Under the pieces are notes generated by a model. The model saw only the letters and a list, made by a program, of their open reading frames with translations, had not been told where the DNA came from and searched no databases. The position numbers were made by a program, and so were the translations under genes. Shown here in pieces: positions 1 through 10,924 of a DNA stretch of 64,000 nucleotides (within the stretch, counting starts at the first letter, position 1; each line of letters starts with the position of its first letter). The stretch comes from Armatimonadota bacterium (lineage in GTDB: Bacteria > Armatimonadota > Fimbriimonadia > Fimbriimonadales > GBS-DC): the NCBI GenBank assembly GCA_037444405.1, contig JBBIML010000006.1:64001-128000 (forward strand), given 5' to 3'.

Positions 1-295
1 GGGCAATCAGCGGGCGGGCAATCGCTGTGCTGAGCGGGTAGCCCTGATAGTCGGCATTTGCTTTGACCGCTGGCATGCAGTAGTCGCGGGCGAACTCGGC
101 GCGCGCGTCCACCATGTAATGCTCCGTGCCCAGAATCGCCGCGCGTTCCGCCGCGTCCGCAATATCCTCGCGCGGCTGACCCACATCCACCGTGACGGTT
201 ACCACATGCTCGAAACCGTACTCCTCTCTCAACAGCGGGATGCACACGGTGGTGTCCAGCCCGCCGGAGTAGACCAGAAGCGCTGTCTTTGCCAT
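1..295 (-). CDS. argG: Argininosuccinate synthase, N-terminal part (runs off the window edge)
   Basis: Not in the ORF track. The reverse strand from ATG at 295 reads MAKTALLVYSGGLDTTVCIPLLREEYG..VTVDVGQP..YQGYPLSTAIARPLIA, with the ArgG PP-loop YSGGLDT and YPLSTAIARP motifs. Confidence 0.95.
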   Translation of the reverse strand, partial: MAKTALLVYSGGLDTTVCIPLLREEYGFEHVVTVTVDVGQPREDIADAAERAAILGTEHYMVDARAEFARDYCMPAVKANADYQGYPLSTAIARPLIA

Positions 296-307
296 CGCAA
301 CGGCTGC

Positions 308-330
308 ATTATACCGCAATCAGGTACAAT
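308..330. promoter_or_regulatory. Back-to-back -10 elements (TATAAT on minus for argG; TACAAT on plus)
   Basis: attatacc at 308-315 (GGTATAAT on minus) and ggtacaat at 323-330, between divergent starts. Confidence 0.6.
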
Positions 331-346
331 CTCTCGCGGTGAGAGA

Positions 347-485
347 ATGGCACGAACACCACTGTCGGGATCGCAGCGGTTAAGTCAGGATGCGCAAGAT
401 TGCGCGTCCCGGTGAGGTGGTGCGCCCGCTGGCGAAGCCCGACGCAGAAATCGCCGTTAGCGAGCTATTTGCCGACACGCTTTGA
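347..485 (+). pseudogene. Probable remnant of a Uma2-family endonuclease gene (start and C-terminus only)
   Basis: ATG at 347 (MARTPL), then another frame gives SG*VRMRKIARPGEVVRPLAKPDAEIAVSELFADTL*, resembling Uma2 C-termini. The leader GGTACAAT..cggtgag..ATGGCA parallels that of the intact Uma2 gene at 26619. Confidence 0.5.
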
Positions 486-500
486 GGGAGGAGCGCGACC

Positions 501-3500
501 ATGAGAACACTGATGAGCTGGTTGGGTATCGGTCTGCTGTGCATGGCTCTGCGGGCGCAGGCGCCCGATGTCGCCTCGATGCTGCGCGACGCATTTCCCG
601 TTTCCCAGCTGAAGCCCGGCATGAAGGGCTACGGGCTGACCGTGTTCAGGGGCACACAGATCGAACGGTTCGATGTGGAGATTGTGGGCGTGCTGCAGAA
701 CGCGAACTTCGGTCGACCGCTGGTGCTGATCAAGATGAAGGGCGGCGCGATTACCAATCGTCAGGCGAACATTATCGCGGGCATGAGCGGCAGCCCCGTG
801 TTTGTGAACGGCAGGATTGTGGGCGCGATTGCCTACGGATTCGCCTTTCCGCGCGAGCCGCACGCGCTGGTGACCCCGCTGGAAGATATGCTCACCACTT
901 TTGACCCGCGTCTGGCGCAGCGAGCGGTTCAGCCGACGGCACCGCGTGTGGTGAACCGCCCGATTCGCATCGCAGGGCGACAGTACGCGGGAATCTATAT
1001 TGGCTTCCAGCCGCCGGGTGCGCCGAATCTGGCGTGGGCGCGCCCGCTGATGACGCCCCTGATGGTCAGCGGCGTCTCGGCGCGTGGGCTGGAACACCTG
1101 CGCAAGAAGCTCGAACCGTTCGGACTGAGTCCTGTCATGGCGCCTGGCGGCGCGGGCAAGCCCATCAAAGTGCGGTTTGAGCCGGGCGCGGCGGTCGGCG
1201 GCGCACTCGCCACTGGCGATCTGGACTTCACCGCGATTGGCACGCTCACCTATCGCAAAGGGAACTCGATTCTGGCGTTCGGGCACCCGTTTCTGGGCGC
1301 GGGCGAGGTGCAGATGCCCATGACCGCCGCTGAGATCGTGGATGTGTTCCCCTCGTATTATGCCTCCTTCAAGCTGGGCAATCGGGCGCAGACACTGGGC
1401 GTCATCTATCACGATGGCGCATTCGCCATCGCCGGTCGAATCGGGGCGAGCGCGCGCATGATGCCCCTGCAGATGCGCATCACGAACGCGCAAACGGGCG
1501 TCACGCGCACCTATCGCTGCGAGCTGTTCCGCCACCCGATGCTGACGCCGATGCTGATCGATATCGCCACCTTCGAGTTCATCGGGCGGGTCTACTTCGC
1601 GGTGAGCGACGCCACCGCGACCGTGCGCTGGACACTCAAAACCAGTCCCTACGGCGAGATTCGCTACGAGAACCGCGTCTTCAGCGAGGCGGGAATTGAG
1701 CCAGTTGTGCTGCAGGATTTAGAGTATGTGCTGGGGCTGCTGCAGGGCGCGCCCGACCGCAAGGTAGAACTTGAATCGCTGGAGATGGAGGTGGTTATCC
1801 AGCCGGGTCGCCAGACGGCGTTTATTGAGCGCATCACGACAGATAAAGGCGCGTATCGCCCTGGCGATCAGGCTCGCGCGACGGTGTGGGTGCGCCCTGC
1901 CGCCTCGCCTTCCGCGCTAACGCCGATCGAGTTCACCTTCCGCATTCCGTACGATGCGACGCCCGGGCGCTATAGCCTGCAGGTGTCGGGCGGCGGCGAA
2001 GGTGGCGGTGCGCCGGGTGGCATTCCTGCAGGGCTGTTTCGTGCCCTGATGGGTGGGGGCGGGGGCACGCCCAGCACCGAGCAGCTCCTGCGCGAGTTCC
2101 AGCGGCGCGAGCGCAACCATCAGCTGGTTGCCACGCTCACCATGCAGGCGATGGGCGCCACCGTGCGCGGCGAGCCGCTCTATCAGCTGCCGCCCATCCT
2201 GCGCGATATCCTCACCACACCCCGCGCCTCCGGCATCCAGCCTGAACCCGATCAGATCAAGCAGGTTCACGCCACCGACTGGGTTCTGCAGGGCAGTCAG
2301 ATGCTGTTTCTGACCGTTCTGCCGCCGGAAGAGGCCGAAGGGCGCGTGTTTGGCTTGCCTGTGCCACCGACCGTGGGCGGCTTCGTACCACCTTCGCCAC
2401 CCACGGAGCCATCAGGGGAGGAGGGTGAAGAGATAGGGACGGATTATGGGCTGCCTGTTCCGTCCGGTGTGGAGGCGACCGCCGTGCTGGATGAGGAGGC
2501 TTCGCCGACGCCGCCGGGTCAGCCGCCATCGGAGGCACGGCGCCCGCGCGAGAAGCCTGTCAGTCGCGCGCCCAAACACTGGGATCTGAGCGACTATCGC
2601 ACGCTCAGTCGTGGCAAGATGCAGGGCGTCGCGGTCGGAGCCGATGGCACACTGCAGCCGAGTCGCCGCCCTGAACCGCTCGCCCGCCTCGATCTGGACT
2701 ACATCTGGTGCCTCGCTCGCGATGCGCGGGGCAATCTCTACGCGGGCGGCGGCATGCCTGCCCAGCTGCAGGTGGTCAACCCCGACGGCAGCATCCAGCG
2801 CACGCTGAACCTGCCCGGCTTGATGGCGACCGCGCTCGCGCTGGCGCCCGACGGCAGCCTCTATATCGGCGTCTCGCCCGAAGGCACGCTCCATCGGCTC
2901 AAAGATGGCAACCTGCAGATAGTGGTCAACACGGGCGCACGCTACATTAATGCGCTGCTTGCCACCGAGCAGGGCGTGTATATCGCGACGGGCGTGCCCG
3001 CCCGCCTGCTGATGTGGGATGGTCACACCCTGCGCGAGTTGATGCGCTCCGATGAGGCGCACCTCACCGCGCTCGCTCGCGACTCTGCGGGCAACCTCTA
3101 TGTGGGCAGCTCGGAGCGCGGGCTGGTGTATCGCCTGTCGCCTATCGGTATTCCGAACGCCGTTGCCGATTTGCATGAGCCGACGGTCAGCGCGCTCGCC
3201 TGCGACGCGCAGGGCAACCTCTATATCGGCACGATGCCGTCGGGCAACCTCTATCGGCTCTCGCCCCAGGGCACGCTCCAGCCGCTCCATCAGCAGGGGC
3301 GGCTGAACATCCGCGCGATGCAGATTGTGGGCGACACGCTCTACGCGCTCAGCGACGACAGCCTGCTCGCGGTGTCCTGCAAAGGCGAGAGTGAGCCCAA
3401 GCCTGTTCTCTGCATGCGGCAGCCGCTGGAGCTGGTTGCTCTTGCAGGCAGCGATTCGGCGTCCGCGCTCGTGCTGGCTTCGGCAGAGCAGGCGCAGCTG

Positions 3501-4748
3501 TGGCAACTGGCGTCGGAATCGGAGGGCGTCTACCTCTCGCCCGTGCTGGACGCGGGTCAGGTCGCACGCTGGGGCGTCCTGCGCTGGAGCGCGAGCGTGC
3601 CCGACGGCGCTCAGGTGGAGATTCAGACCCGCTCCGGCAACACGCGCGAACCCGACGAGAGCTGGAGCGCGTGGTCGGCGCCCTGCACCAACCCCGAAGG
3701 CAGCCCGATTCTCAGCCCGCCCGCGCGATTCCTGCAGGTGCGCGTGAAACTGACAGGTAAATCCGCACCCAGCGTCCGCGCCCTCACGCTCACCTATCTG
3801 CCTGCCAATCGCCCGCCCGAAGTTCAGTTGCTTGCGCCCAAAGCCAACACCGCATGGAGCGACAAGCAGACCATCCGCTGGTCGGCTCGCGACCCCGACG
3901 GCGACACCCTGCAGTTCGAGGTGCAACTCTCCAGCGATGGTGGCAAAAGCTGGCAGAAGCTCAAAGAGAGCCAGCCTGTCGAAGGGCGTCAATCTGCCCT
4001 GCCAGAACTGCCAGACGAGGCGCAGATGATGGCGGAGCTTCAGCAGGCGTTGCAAAGTTCGCCCGACATCCCGCCCGAAGTGCGCCAGCAGATCGAACAG
4101 CAGGCGCCGCAGCTCATTCAGCAGATGCGCGAGGCGGTGAAACAGCTGCCGTCGACCCCTGCACCTCCGGCGCCCGCTGCGCCTGCCGAACCGCCCGCCG
4201 CCCCGCGCCAGATGGAGTGGGACACCACCCGTACGCCCGACGGCATCTATCTGCTGCGCGTTAAAGCGAGCGATCGCCCCGCCTCGCCCACCGACTACAC
4301 CGAAGCCTACACCGAACCTGTGCCTGTCATTATCTGCAACACGCCCCCCGCGCTGTCCGTTCGCCAGCAGAGTCTCAAGGTGAGCGACGACCGCACGGTG
4401 GAACTCAGCGGCTACGCATTACAGCTCTTCAGTTCCGACAGGGCAGGTTCATCGGGCGCGACGGGCAAATCGGGCGGTTCCAGCCAGGCGAGACAGCGCG
4501 TGCCGCGCAACAGCGTGCCGATTGTGGGCGTGCAATACCGAATCGATAAGGGCGAATGGCGCAGCGCGGAAGCCCTCAACGGGCTGTTCGATACCGCCTT
4601 CGAGCCGTTCCGCATTAAGACCGAGCCGCTCGAACCGGGCGACCACACGCTGACCATCAAAGCCTTCAACGCGGCAGGCAAAAGCGCCCAGGTGGAGCTG
4701 AAGGTCAAAGTGCCCGCGGGCAAGCCCACCCGATCGGAGAAGCCATGA
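501..4748 (+). CDS. Secreted SpoIVB-like peptidase S55 domain fused to a beta-propeller and Ig-like domains
   Basis: Signal peptide; GMKGYGLTVFRG, IAGMSGSPV (catalytic Ser) and AFGHPF motifs of S55. A Pro/Glu-rich linker is followed by repeated D-x-x-G-N-L-Y-x-G blades. SD GGAGG upstream. Confidence 0.85.
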   Translation: MRTLMSWLGIGLLCMALRAQAPDVASMLRDAFPVSQLKPGMKGYGLTVFRGTQIERFDVEIVGVLQNANFGRPLVLIKMKGGAITNRQANIIAGMSGSPVFVNGRIVGAIAYGFAFPREPHALVTPLEDMLTTFDPRLAQRAVQPTAPRVVNRPIRIAGRQYAGIYIGFQPPGAPNLAWARPLMTPLMVSGVSARGLEHLRKKLEPFGLSPVMAPGGAGKPIKVRFEPGAAVGGALATGDLDFTAIGTLTYRKGNSILAFGHPFLGAGEVQMPMTAAEIVDVFPSYYASFKLGNRAQTLGVIYHDGAFAIAGRIGASARMMPLQMRITNAQTGVTRTYRCELFRHPMLTPMLIDIATFEFIGRVYFAVSDATATVRWTLKTSPYGEIRYENRVFSEAGIEPVVLQDLEYVLGLLQGAPDRKVELESLEMEVVIQPGRQTAFIERITTDKGAYRPGDQARATVWVRPAASPSALTPIEFTFRIPYDATPGRYSLQVSGGGEGGGAPGGIPAGLFRALMGGGGGTPSTEQLLREFQRRERNHQLVATLTMQAMGATVRGEPLYQLPPILRDILTTPRASGIQPEPDQIKQVHATDWVLQGSQMLFLTVLPPEEAEGRVFGLPVPPTVGGFVPPSPPTEPSGEEGEEIGTDYGLPVPSGVEATAVLDEEASPTPPGQPPSEARRPREKPVSRAPKHWDLSDYRTLSRGKMQGVAVGADGTLQPSRRPEPLARLDLDYIWCLARDARGNLYAGGGMPAQLQVVNPDGSIQRTLNLPGLMATALALAPDGSLYIGVSPEGTLHRLKDGNLQIVVNTGARYINALLATEQGVYIATGVPARLLMWDGHTLRELMRSDEAHLTALARDSAGNLYVGSSERGLVYRLSPIGIPNAVADLHEPTVSALACDAQGNLYIGTMPSGNLYRLSPQGTLQPLHQQGRLNIRAMQIVGDTLYALSDDSLLAVSCKGESEPKPVLCMRQPLELVALAGSDSASALVLASAEQAQLWQLASESEGVYLSPVLDAGQVARWGVLRWSASVPDGAQVEIQTRSGNTREPDESWSAWSAPCTNPEGSPILSPPARFLQVRVKLTGKSAPSVRALTLTYLPANRPPEVQLLAPKANTAWSDKQTIRWSARDPDGDTLQFEVQLSSDGGKSWQKLKESQPVEGRQSALPELPDEAQMMAELQQALQSSPDIPPEVRQQIEQQAPQLIQQMREAVKQLPSTPAPPAPAAPAEPPAAPRQMEWDTTRTPDGIYLLRVKASDRPASPTDYTEAYTEPVPVIICNTPPALSVRQQSLKVSDDRTVELSGYALQLFSSDRAGSSGATGKSGGSSQARQRVPRNSVPIVGVQYRIDKGEWRSAEALNGLFDTAFEPFRIKTEPLEPGDHTLTIKAFNAAGKSAQVELKVKVPAGKPTRSEKP

Positions 4749-6031
4749 GACCCCATGTGGTGATTATCGGCGGCGGTTTTGGCGGCTTGCAGGCAGCGAA
4801 GGGACTGCGCGACGCGCCCGTGAATGTAACACTCATCGATAAGCGCAACTTCCACCTGTTCCAGCCGCTTCTGTATCAGGTGGCGACGGGCGGGCTGGGT
4901 CCTGCGGAAATCGCCGCGCCTATCCGCGCCCTGCTCAAACGTCAGCGCAACACGCGCGTGCTGAACGCCGAAGTGGTGGACATCGACCCGCAGACGCAAA
5001 CGGTCTATCTGCGCGAGGGCGAACCCATCCCCTATGACTACCTGATTCTGGCAGCCGGCTCCACCTATCACCACTTCGGGCACGAGGAATGGAGCCGTTA
5101 TGCGCCGGGCTTAAAGACCGTCGAGGATGCGCAGGAGATCCGTCGGCGTGTGTTGCTGGCGCTGGAGCATGCGGAGCGTGAAACCGACCCGCAACGCCAG
5201 CAGGAGTGGCTCACCTTCGTGATTGTGGGTGGCGGTCCGACGGGCGTCGAGCTGGCGGGCGCGCTGGCGGAGCTGGTGCGCGTCACAGTGCGCGGCGAGT
5301 ACCGTCAGTTTGACCCTGCCGCCACGCGACTCCTGCTGCTCGAAGCTGGACCCCGCCTGCTCCCAACCTATCCACCGAACCTGAGCGAGACCGCGCGACG
5401 GTCGCTCCAGCGGCTCGGCGTCGAGGTGCAGATGGGCGCGATGGTGACCCATGTGGGCGAAGAGGGCGTGCAATACACCTATCAGGGCGAAGCGGTGCAG
5501 GTGCGGGCGCGAACGGTGTTGTGGGCGGCAGGCGTGCGCTCCGTGCCGCTCGCCGAACGGCTTGCCGACCGCGCCAGCCTGCCCACCGATAAAGGTGGAC
5601 GCATTATCGTCAATCCCGACCTGTCGGTGCCGGGCTATCCGAACCTGTTCGTGATAGGCGACCTTGCCCATTATGCGCATCAGACGGGCACGCCCCTGCC
5701 CGGCGTGGCGCCCGTTGCCATACAGCAGGGCATCTATGTGGCGCGGGTGATCCGCGACCGCCTGCGCGGACGAACCCCGCCGCCCTTCCGCTATCGGGAC
5801 AAAGGCGATATGGCGGTCATCGGGCGCAAAGCCGCCGTCGCCAAAATCGGCAAACTGCAGCTGACGGGCTTCATCGCGTGGCTGGCGTGGCTCTTCGTGC
5901 ATCTGCTCTATCTGGTCGGCTTCGAAAACAAACTGCTCGTGCTGATCCAGTGGGCGTGGAACTACTTCACGCGCAATCGGCGCGCGCGGCTCATCCTCTA
6001 CTGCTACGAAACCCGCCCGAATCGCGTATAA
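4745..6031 (+). CDS. ndh: Type II NADH dehydrogenase (NAD(P)/FAD-dependent oxidoreductase)
   Basis: [60 protein letters not shown]. Confidence 0.93.
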   Translation: MRPHVVIIGGGFGGLQAAKGLRDAPVNVTLIDKRNFHLFQPLLYQVATGGLGPAEIAAPIRALLKRQRNTRVLNAEVVDIDPQTQTVYLREGEPIPYDYLILAAGSTYHHFGHEEWSRYAPGLKTVEDAQEIRRRVLLALEHAERETDPQRQQEWLTFVIVGGGPTGVELAGALAELVRVTVRGEYRQFDPAATRLLLLEAGPRLLPTYPPNLSETARRSLQRLGVEVQMGAMVTHVGEEGVQYTYQGEAVQVRARTVLWAAGVRSVPLAERLADRASLPTDKGGRIIVNPDLSVPGYPNLFVIGDLAHYAHQTGTPLPGVAPVAIQQGIYVARVIRDRLRGRTPPPFRYRDKGDMAVIGRKAAVAKIGKLQLTGFIAWLAWLFVHLLYLVGFENKLLVLIQWAWNYFTRNRRARLILYCYETRPNRV

Positions 6032-6065
6032 TATCCTCTGGCGAAGACGCCAGGAGGGAACAGCT

Positions 6066-7679
<1,614 letters not shown>

Positions 7680-7752
7680 ATCTTACGCGCTTGGACGGGC
7701 GCGGTTCCCGCGTCCTGATGCTCGCGAGCAAGGTATAATCACGCCATCTCAG

Positions 7753-8922
7753 ATGGAGAAGCGGGAACCGAATCCGTCGGGCGATTGGGCAAGTCGGGCG
7801 CTCTGGTTGCTCATCACATTGGCGCTGATTGGACTGACGCTCTATGTGCTGTATGTGGTGCGCCATGTGATCAGCCTCATGTTCATCTGCGGCGCGATCG
7901 CCTATTTACTGATCCCGCTGGTGGATTGGCTTTCGCGCTGGCGTCCGCCGCTGATGAGTCCGCCCGTCTGGCGGGGCGTGGTCAGTCTGGTGGTCGTGCT
8001 GGCTTTTATCGGCGTGGTGGTGCTGTCGACGGTGGCGTTCATCACGCCGTTCGTGCGAGAGACGCGCGACTTCCTGAACGATTTGCCACGCTACGAGGGG
8101 CGCATCCGCGAAACGCTCACCGACTGGCAGGCACGCTATCAGCAATGGTACAACGGCTTGCCGCCGCAGGCCCAACAGTGGGTTGATCAGCAGCATGAGG
8201 CGCTGGTCAAATCGCTGGAGGGCACCTCGGTCAGCCTGCAGAAGGGCTTGCAACAGGTGCTGCGAAGCACAGGCGCGTGGATTGCCTTCATTGTGGAACT
8301 GTTTCTGATCCCGGTGGTGGTCTTCTATCTGCTGTTCGATTCGCATCGGCTTAAGCGGGAAACCCTTCGCCTGATCCCGCCGCGCTACCTGCGCCTGACC
8401 CTGCACGCCATGCAGGAGACGAACCGCGTGATGCGCGGCTATATCGTGGGGCAGCTCATTCTGGGCGTGATTGCGGGGATTGCCACCTGGCTCGGCTTGC
8501 AATGGATGGGCGTCAAGTATGCGGCGACGCTCGCGCTGTTTGCCGGCATTGCCCGCGCCATCCCCGTGATTGGTCCAGTGGTCGCTGCCGTGCCGATTGT
8601 GGCAATGGGGGGACTGTTAGGCGGTCTCGGGCTTGCCATCAAAGCCACCATCTTCATGACTGCGCTCTTCCTGATTGAGCATAAGATGATTATGCCCAAG
8701 ATTATTGGCGATAGAGTTGATCTGCATCCTGTGCTGGTGATTGTGGTGTTGCTGGTGAGCGGCAGCTTTTTCGGGCTGATGGGCATGTTTTTTGGTGTGC
8801 CTGTGGCGGTGATTGTGCGCAATGTGGTGATTGAGCAGCGGCGGCGGGCGCGACGGCGACCGCGCATCCACCGCCTCGTGGTGCTGGAAACCGCGGAAAC
8901 AGCAGGATCACGGGGGACATAG
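7753..8922 (+). CDS. AI-2E family transporter
   Basis: AYLLIPLVDWL, GYIVGQLI, IPVIGP, PKIIGDRVDLHP, GLMGMFFGVP; multi-TM. Confidence 0.9.
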   Translation: MEKREPNPSGDWASRALWLLITLALIGLTLYVLYVVRHVISLMFICGAIAYLLIPLVDWLSRWRPPLMSPPVWRGVVSLVVVLAFIGVVVLSTVAFITPFVRETRDFLNDLPRYEGRIRETLTDWQARYQQWYNGLPPQAQQWVDQQHEALVKSLEGTSVSLQKGLQQVLRSTGAWIAFIVELFLIPVVVFYLLFDSHRLKRETLRLIPPRYLRLTLHAMQETNRVMRGYIVGQLILGVIAGIATWLGLQWMGVKYAATLALFAGIARAIPVIGPVVAAVPIVAMGGLLGGLGLAIKATIFMTALFLIEHKMIMPKIIGDRVDLHPVLVIVVLLVSGSFFGLMGMFFGVPVAVIVRNVVIEQRRRARRRPRIHRLVVLETAETAGSRGT

Positions 8923-8941
8923 TGGCACGGAGGCATAGAGA

Positions 8942-9766
8942 TTGGAACTGATGCAGGCAATCTGGCTGGGTATTCTGCAGGGCGTCACGGAGTTTCTGCC
9001 CATTTCCAGCTCGGCGCACCTGATATTGATGCGCTACTGGTTCGGCTGGGAGATTGGCAATCCGCAGGCGGAGCTGATGTTCGATGTGGCGCTGCATGTG
9101 GGCACGCTGCTGGCGATTGTGCTCTATTTCTGGCGCGATCTGGTGAGGCTGGCAAGCGCGCTCTTCTCGCACCAGCACGAGCGCATGGTGGAGCGTCGGC
9201 TCGCATGGAGCATTCTGATTGGCTGCGTCCCTGCTGCGCTTGCCGGCGCGCTCTTTGAGGACACTATCGAGAACTTTTTTCGGGAGCAGTACGCGCTCAT
9301 CAGCGGGCTGCTGATCGGCGTTGGCGCGCTGATGGCGCTGGCGGACTGGCTGGGGCGTAAAACCCGTATGCTGGAATCGATCGGGTTGCTGGACGGGCTG
9401 CTGATTGGTGTTGCGCAGGCGTTTGCGCTGATACCGGGCTTCTCGCGGTCGGGCATCACGATTATCGCGGGGCTGATGCTGGGGCTTCAGCGCGAAGCGG
9501 CAGCGCGGTTCTCTTTCCTGCTGGCGACGCCCATCACCTTCGGCGCGGCAGTGTGGTCCTTTCGCCATGTGCTGCAGGAGGGTATACCCTCCCGGATGGC
9601 GGTGCCGATGCTTGTGGGCGCGATCACCTCGATGGTGGTCGGCTGGCTGTGCATCGCGTTCCTGCTGCGCTATCTGCGCACGGGTTCGCTGATGCCCTTT
9701 GTGGTCTATCGCGCGGGCGTGGGCGTCGCCACACTGATTCGAATCGCAACGGTCGGGCTGAAATGA
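8942..9766 (+). CDS. uppP: Undecaprenyl-diphosphate phosphatase
   Basis: GILQGVTEFLPISSSAHL, LHVGT, PGFSRSG, AARFSFLL. Confidence 0.96.
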   Translation: MELMQAIWLGILQGVTEFLPISSSAHLILMRYWFGWEIGNPQAELMFDVALHVGTLLAIVLYFWRDLVRLASALFSHQHERMVERRLAWSILIGCVPAALAGALFEDTIENFFREQYALISGLLIGVGALMALADWLGRKTRMLESIGLLDGLLIGVAQAFALIPGFSRSGITIIAGLMLGLQREAAARFSFLLATPITFGAAVWSFRHVLQEGIPSRMAVPMLVGAITSMVVGWLCIAFLLRYLRTGSLMPFVVYRAGVGVATLIRIATVGLK

Positions 9767-10614
9767 GGGTGCTGATCACGGGCGCGGGCGGGATGCTGGG
9801 CGCGGAGATCACCGAACGGTTCCGACAGGCGGGACACGCGGTCATCCCCACGGGGCGCAAGCCGTCGCTCGTGTCGATGGACATCACGAACCCGCAACAG
9901 GTGCGCGCGGTGTTCGACCAGTATCAGCCCGCGGTGGTCATCCACTGCGCGGCGATGACTAATGTGGACGCCTGCGAGCGCCAGCCCCAGCAGGCGTATC
10001 AGGTGAACGCCTTCGGCACGGAGCTGATTGCCGCCCACTGCCAGCGTACAGGTGCGATTTGCGTCGCCATCTCCACCGACTATGTTTTTGATGGCGCGAA
10101 AGGCAGCCCCTACCACGAGTATGATGCGCCGAACCCGCTGAGCGTGTACGGGCGCTCCAAATATGCGGGCGAGCAGGCGGTGCGCGCCCTCTGCCCACGC
10201 CACTACATTATCCGCACCGCATGGCTCTACGGCACGCACGGCAGAAGCTTCCCGCATTTCATTCTGGAGCGCGTGCGGGCGGGCGAGACGCCCACCGTGA
10301 TTGCCGACCAGATTGGCTCGCCGACCTACACAGCAGATGTCGCTGACTGCCTGCTTGCGCTGATTGCCACCGATGCCTATGGAACCTATCACCTGACGAA
10401 CGCGGGTCCCGTTTCACGCTATGAGTTTGCACAGGCGCTGCTGCAACTGATGGGCTTGCCCGCGCGTTTACAGCCGATTCCGCTGGCGCAATGGCAGACT
10501 CCCGCGCCGCGCCCGCGCTATTCCGCGCTCATCTCATGGCGACTGGAGTGGGTCGGCATAACCCCCCTTCGCCCCTGGCAGGAGGCTCTGACGGCGTTTG
10601 TGCAGAGTCTCTAA
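9763..10614 (+). CDS. rfbD: dTDP-4-dehydrorhamnose reductase
   Basis: Start refined to ATG 9763 overlapping the uppP stop (ATGA). LITGAGGMLG, STDYVFDG, YGRSK, DQIGSPT, PRPRYSAL. Confidence 0.95.
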   Translation: MRVLITGAGGMLGAEITERFRQAGHAVIPTGRKPSLVSMDITNPQQVRAVFDQYQPAVVIHCAAMTNVDACERQPQQAYQVNAFGTELIAAHCQRTGAICVAISTDYVFDGAKGSPYHEYDAPNPLSVYGRSKYAGEQAVRALCPRHYIIRTAWLYGTHGRSFPHFILERVRAGETPTVIADQIGSPTYTADVADCLLALIATDAYGTYHLTNAGPVSRYEFAQALLQLMGLPARLQPIPLAQWQTPAPRPRYSALISWRLEWVGITPLRPWQEALTAFVQSL

Positions 10615-10871
10615 AAGTTTTCGATGGGGACCGCCAGCATCGTGTCGGTCGTGAGCAGACCGGTCTCTGCAACTGCCCGCAAGAAGCGGTTCGCCGTCGC
10701 CTGATCAGGAGCGGACCACACCGCTACGAGGTCGTATTGACCGTAGGTGACCACCGCCACCTGCACCTGCACCCCATGCTGAGTGGCGAGGCTGCTAATC
10801 TGCGACAGCCCGCTTCCGAACAGTTCCCGCGCCCGACCGGGCACCGCTTTGGCAAGTGTGACGAATTGCAC
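10611..10871 (-). CDS. GYD-domain protein
   Basis: 86 aa; TYGQYDLVAVWSAPD; SD GAAGGAGG upstream of GTG. Confidence 0.75.
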   Translation of the reverse strand: MQFVTLAKAVPGRARELFGSGLSQISSLATQHGVQVQVAVVTYGQYDLVAVWSAPDQATANRFLRAVAETGLLTTDTMLAVPIENF

Positions 10872-10924
10872 GGTTCACACCTCCTTCACAGACATTAATA
10901 GGAAGCCTGTACGCCGATTCCTGC

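Noticed and set aside
331..500. Riboswitch or other ncRNA upstream of the S55 gene
   Set aside because: No recognisable RNA family motif; better explained as a coding remnant.
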